A stretch of 44,898 nucleotides of DNA from an uncultured Planctomycetaceae bacterium. Its GTDB lineage: Bacteria; Planctomycetota; Planctomycetia; Pirellulales; Thermoguttaceae. The translations under genes were made by a program, and so were the position numbers. The notes beneath the pieces were generated by a model. It had not been told where the DNA came from. It made no database searches and saw nothing but the letters and a program-made list of their open reading frames with translations. The stretch spans positions 1-44,898 of the forward strand of contig CAYZWG010000001.1 of the NCBI GenBank assembly GCA_964481605.1. Reading direction: 5' to 3'. Of the stretch, positions 41,146 through 44,898 are shown piece after piece (the first letter of the stretch is position 1; each line of letters begins with the position of its first letter).

Positions 41146-42591
41146 TCATCGACTCTGCCGGCCCGTTTCCGGCGGCTCCACGTGGATCACCACCCGGCCC
41201 AGGTTCGCCACCTCCCCGCGGAGGTAATCCTCCATCCGTTGGCTCAGCGTGTGGGCGTCGATAATGGTGATCTGGGGGGCCAGGGCGCAGTGGAGCGAGA
41301 CGGCCAACTCGCCGCCGGCCCGCTGAACCTCGACGTCGTGTACATGAAGCTTCGTCGCCTGACTTTGGGCAAACCGCTCCAGCACGCGGCGGATTTCCGT
41401 CGCCCCCACCGGCTCGGCCTGGCGCGTGGCGGTGCGGTCGCCGGCCGGCTCGATGTGGGTCACGATGCGGTCCAGCCCGGGCACCGCCCGGCGGAGTTCC
41501 TGCTCGAACGCCGTCACCTCGTCGTGCGCCTGGTTCAACTGGAGGCCCTCGCTCACCTCCAAGTGGAGTTCCAACGCTCGCCGCCCGCGATGGTCGTAGA
41601 CGCGGATTCCGTGCGCCCCCAGCCCTCGCCGCGCGGCCACCAGGCGCACGGTTTTCAACAGCCCCGCCCGGGCGTCGGCGACCGGCTCCACGTGGACCAC
41701 GACGTCGGCCCGGGCGACCACGGAGCGGACGGCCGCCTCGACGACGTCGGCGATCTGATGGGCCTGTTCGAAGGGCGTGGCCTGGTCGACGGCGATCGTC
41801 ACGTCGGCGAAAAACTCGCCTCCGCTTCGCCTCAAGCGGACCTGGCTCACCTGCTCGACGCGGGACACACCGGCCGCCGCGTCGGCCACCCGCTCTTGAA
41901 GCCCGGCAGGAATTCGGTCCAAGAGGTCGTCGACCGACCGCCTTCCCAGCCGGAAGCTGACGCTGATCACCAACAGGGCCACTCCCAGCGCGGCCACCGC
42001 GTCGGCCTTGGTCAGCCACTCGATCCCCGCCGCCGTGGCCACGCGCACGCTCAACAACCCCAAAAGCACCACCAGCGAGGACCAGATGTCGGTGGAGAAA
42101 TGCAGCGCGTCGGCCTCCAGCGCCTGGCTGTTGTACTTTCGGGCCACGCGGTAAAGCGCCTTGGAGCGGGAATAATCGACCACGATCGACACGAGAATGA
42201 CCCCAAAGGCCCAGAGATTCGCGTCCACCGGCGGATGCCGCCCGAGCAGCAGTCGCCCCAGCGCCTCGCGGATGATCCAGGCGCAGGTTGCCAACAGCAG
42301 CAGCGTTTCCAGCAAGGCCGAGAGGTTCTCGAACTTGCCGTGCCCGTAGGTGTGGTCGTGGTCGGCGGGCCGGCCAGAAATCTGCACCGCCCAGAAGGTG
42401 ACCCCGGCGGCCACCAGGTCGAGGGCCGAATGGGCGGCTTCGGCGAGGATGCCCAGGCTGTTGGTGGCCAGGCCCACGACCAGCTTGGCGACCGCCAGAA
42501 ACAGCGCCGCCGCCAGCGAGGCCAGCGCCACGCGGCGTTTCTCCGGCAGCGCGTCGCTGGCCAGGGTGTTCGAGGGTTGGCCCGGTGGCAT
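41146..42591 (-). CDS. Cation diffusion facilitator (CDF) transporter with three tandem C-terminal cytoplasmic (ZT_dimer-like) domains
   Basis: ORF trimmed to the ATG at 42591. TMD motifs: SLGILAEAAHSALDLV, HTYGHGKFENL, ALHFSTDIWSS. Three repeats each end in V(V/T/I)H(V/I)EP (aa ~240-303, ~322-382, ~412-473). Confidence 0.9.
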   Translation of the reverse strand: MPPGQPSNTLASDALPEKRRVALASLAAALFLAVAKLVVGLATNSLGILAEAAHSALDLVAAGVTFWAVQISGRPADHDHTYGHGKFENLSALLETLLLLATCAWIIREALGRLLLGRHPPVDANLWAFGVILVSIVVDYSRSKALYRVARKYNSQALEADALHFSTDIWSSLVVLLGLLSVRVATAAGIEWLTKADAVAALGVALLVISVSFRLGRRSVDDLLDRIPAGLQERVADAAAGVSRVEQVSQVRLRRSGGEFFADVTIAVDQATPFEQAHQIADVVEAAVRSVVARADVVVHVEPVADARAGLLKTVRLVAARRGLGAHGIRVYDHRGRRALELHLEVSEGLQLNQAHDEVTAFEQELRRAVPGLDRIVTHIEPAGDRTATRQAEPVGATEIRRVLERFAQSQATKLHVHDVEVQRAGGELAVSLHCALAPQITIIDAHTLSQRMEDYLRGEVANLGRVVIHVEPPETGRQSR

Positions 42592-42652
42592 CAGGTCTCT
42601 CGGTCGGCGGGCGAACTGGGGCGTGCCGTGGCGGAACAAATCCCCTGCACGA

Positions 42653-43573
42653 TCAGACCACCACGGGGAAATGGCCCCGTTCGGCGGCCAACTGGGCGGT
42701 GGCCTTCTCGATCGATTGCAGCGTTTCGTCGATCTGCTCCGGCTTGCTGAAGCCGATGGTGAAGGCGTGGACACACCCCAGGCCAAGCACGTACTTCAGC
42801 GACTGGAAGCGTTTCTCGATGGTGTCGCAACTGCCTTCGCCGTAGACCTTCATGCCCAGCATTCCACGCCCCTTCTGGCACATCTTTTTTATCTGGCCGG
42901 CCACGTCCTTGGGCTCGCCGTCCATCTTCATTCCGAAGGGATTGATCCGCACCAATTGTACGTCGATCCAATCCACGTCGACCGCCGCCGTCAAGGGATC
43001 CCAGCCGTGGCAGGAGATGCCCACCGCCTTCACGCGGCCCTTCTCCTTGGCCTCGTGCAGCACGTCCATCACCGGCCGCATGTCTTGCGGCCAACTCCCC
43101 TGCTGCATGCAGTGCATCAGCAGGGAGTCCAGGTAGTCGGTCTGCAACTCGCGGCGAAACCGCTCGATATCGGCCTTGGCCCACTGGGCGTTTTTCGCCC
43201 GGGTTTTCGTTTGAATGAACAGCTTCTCGCGGGGCATCTCCTTCACGGCAAAGCCCACGAAGATGTGGGTTCGATACATGTCGGCCGTGTCGATGTAGCG
43301 AAGGCCGCGGTCGTAGGCATGGCGGGCCAGCTTGACGAACTCGGTCTGCCCCAGTTGAAACTGTTCGCGGCCGCCCCGGGTGCCGGTGCCGAACCCCAGC
43401 ACGGTGCTCTTGATGCCGCTGTTTCCCAAGCTGACCAGGTCGGTGCCGGCGGTGATGGTTTGCCCCGCCGGCTTCGCGGCGGCCAGGGCCGACTGGCGCC
43501 GCAGCATGGCGGCGGTTCCCGCGGCCGCGGCCGTTGCCCCGGCCAGAAAATCACGACGCGAAATCCGGTTCAT
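42653..43573 (-). CDS. Aldo/keto reductase family oxidoreductase with a TAT signal
   Basis: MNRISRRDFLAGATAAAAGTAA is TAT-like. Other motifs are LGFGTG, IDTADMY, DYLDSLLMHC and VKAVGISCHG. Confidence 0.85.
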   Translation of the reverse strand: MNRISRRDFLAGATAAAAGTAAMLRRQSALAAAKPAGQTITAGTDLVSLGNSGIKSTVLGFGTGTRGGREQFQLGQTEFVKLARHAYDRGLRYIDTADMYRTHIFVGFAVKEMPREKLFIQTKTRAKNAQWAKADIERFRRELQTDYLDSLLMHCMQQGSWPQDMRPVMDVLHEAKEKGRVKAVGISCHGWDPLTAAVDVDWIDVQLVRINPFGMKMDGEPKDVAGQIKKMCQKGRGMLGMKVYGEGSCDTIEKRFQSLKYVLGLGCVHAFTIGFSKPEQIDETLQSIEKATAQLAAERGHFPVVV

Positions 43574-43708
43574 GGTGAACTCCCTGGGTAAAAGATGTTC
43601 TCTTGCTGGGCGACACGTGCACGGCCCGCACGCAGCCCGGCGGGCCTGACCGTCTTTTTACCCGATTTGCCGGAGGATGCAAGCACGCAAAGCGGGCGGG
43701 GCGAGGCC

Positions 43709-44641
43709 CTACGGTTTCCGCAGGGGAAGCGGCTTGACGCCCGAAACCTTCATTTCGACGGCCAAAAACTTGTCCCGCGATGTGATCAGCAGGGTCTTGA
43801 AACCACGCCCGCCAAAACAGCAGTTCGAACTGTAGTCCACCCCGTAGGCGGCGTCGATCGCGCCCATCCGCTTCCCTTCCGGCGAATAGACCTGCACGCC
43901 CGAGCCCCCGCAGGCAAAGTAGAGGTTGCCCTGCTCGTCGGCCGTCATTCCGTCGGGATGGCCGGGCAGCTCCAGCCAGCGGGTTTCGTTTTCCAGCTTG
44001 CCCGGGCCGGCAACCGCGTAGCGATAAATCACCTTCGCCTTGCAGTCGGCCAGGTAGAGGGTCTTGCCGTCGGCCGAGAGCAGAATCCCGTTGGGCGTCT
44101 GGCAGACGTCGGACACCCGGCTGACCACTCCCCGGGGCGAACAGTAATAGGCGTCCTCTTTCTTCAGCGGCTTCTGCCCGTGGTGCCGATAGTTGGGGTC
44201 GGTGAAATAGAACCCGCCCCCAGCGTCGATGGCCAGGTCGTTGGGCTCGTTGAATTGCCGCCTGCCGCCGCCGAGGAGGATTCGCTTGTGCTTCGTCCGC
44301 ACGTCGAACGCCACCACGCGATAGGCGGCCCCCTCGCAGACCACCAGTTCGCCGTCGGCGTTGAACATCATTCCGTTGGCGTCCGTGCTGTCGTCGACAA
44401 ACAGCCGCACGGGGCGGCCCACCTGGTAAACGTGGATCGAGTCGTTCTTGCCGTCGGAGAAATAAACGTTGCCGTGGGCGTCCGCCGCCGGGCCCTCGGA
44501 GAAACCGTAGCCGGTTCCCAGCACCTCGGCCCGGGTCCCCGGGGCAACCAGGTCGGCGATCGTCTCCGCCGCCGGGGCAACGGACCCAAGGAGCAGGATG
44601 GCAGCCACCGCCAGGGCCATCCGGTTTTGCATTCGCGGCAT
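43709..44641 (-). CDS. SMP-30/gluconolactonase/LRE family protein (six-bladed beta-propeller), secreted
   Basis: Signal MALAVAAILLLGSVAPA. Motifs are GYGFSEGPAADAHGNVYFSD, ANGMMFNADGELVVCE, PNDLAIDAGGGFYFTDP, PNGILLSADGKTLYLAD and PDGMTADEQGNLYFA. Confidence 0.88.
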   Translation of the reverse strand: MPRMQNRMALAVAAILLLGSVAPAAETIADLVAPGTRAEVLGTGYGFSEGPAADAHGNVYFSDGKNDSIHVYQVGRPVRLFVDDSTDANGMMFNADGELVVCEGAAYRVVAFDVRTKHKRILLGGGRRQFNEPNDLAIDAGGGFYFTDPNYRHHGQKPLKKEDAYYCSPRGVVSRVSDVCQTPNGILLSADGKTLYLADCKAKVIYRYAVAGPGKLENETRWLELPGHPDGMTADEQGNLYFACGGSGVQVYSPEGKRMGAIDAAYGVDYSSNCCFGGRGFKTLLITSRDKFLAVEMKVSGVKPLPLRKP

Positions 44642-44898
44642 GAGCAGTCTCCTCTCGCGGTTGCGCGTTTCGGCCGGCCGGGCCCGGGTCGAGCCTCCGC
44701 GCGGCGTTCGATCATCCCCCTTCTTTAATCATCGAATCGCGCCGGTGCAAGCGATCGTTGGAGCGCGAACGAGGCCGGCGGCGCCCTGGCCCCCCGCTGC
44801 CGGGTGGACGGATGCGGGCCGGGCCAGTCGGCTCGAGCTTTCCACGCCGCCGCCTGTGGCACCGGCGTGAGCCCGCTGGTAAACTCGCCGGCGGTAGA

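Noticed and set aside
1-44898. Search for mobile elements, prophage, CRISPR-Cas, restriction-modification or toxin-antitoxin modules, and rRNA.
   Set aside because: None of the translations shows transposase (DDE, HUH), integrase or recombinase, phage structural, Cas, methyltransferase or typical TA motifs. No rRNA-like conserved stretches were seen. Only short non-autonomous repeats were found.

Overview
High-GC window (roughly 65-70% by eye) that looks like a Planctomycetota chromosome. The main evidence is four DUF1559 / H-X9-DG prepilin-type proteins, plus GYF_2 proteins, a sulfatase, TAT-signal oxidoreductases and dense REP-like palindromes. I call 33 protein genes, one candidate leader peptide, one tRNA-Leu(UAA), several intrinsic terminators, candidate promoters, one gene remnant and six families of short extragenic repeats. 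I found no rRNA, CRISPR array, transposase, integrase or phage genes. The window falls into five blocks. (1) 330-9087: four prepilin-type DUF1559 paralogs, two paralogous small lipoproteins and an AraC regulator. Each DUF1559 gene is followed by the same 14-bp-stem terminator. (2) 9100-25730: mixed housekeeping and accessory genes. These are CRTAC1/ASPIC-like, TPR, 7Fe ferredoxin, ECF sigma, Gfo/Idh/MocA, sulfatase flanked by two GYF_2 membrane proteins, HNH nuclease, Zn-ribbon protein, acyltransferase, thermonuclease, leuA and tRNA-Leu. (3) 26033-36008, minus strand: a tightly packed seven-gene, apparently all-cytoplasmic signalling operon. It has two paralogous PAS kinases, five REC domains, one canonical HD-GYP, one degenerate HD-GYP and two HDOD domains, with no DNA-binding, GGDEF or EAL output seen. 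(4) 36353-41118: two divergently transcribed secreted proteins of unknown function. (5) 41146-44641: a CDF transporter with a triplicated C-terminal domain, an aldo/keto reductase and an SMP-30-like protein. The items most worth follow-up are the HD-superfamily-only signalling operon, the mosaic DUF1559 cassette array, a Leu-rich leader ORF plus terminator upstream of leuA, and a gene flanked by ~160-nt inverted repeats. All functions are inferred from motifs read by eye in the supplied translations; no database search was run. Hand-indexed motif coordinates may be off by 1-2 nt.
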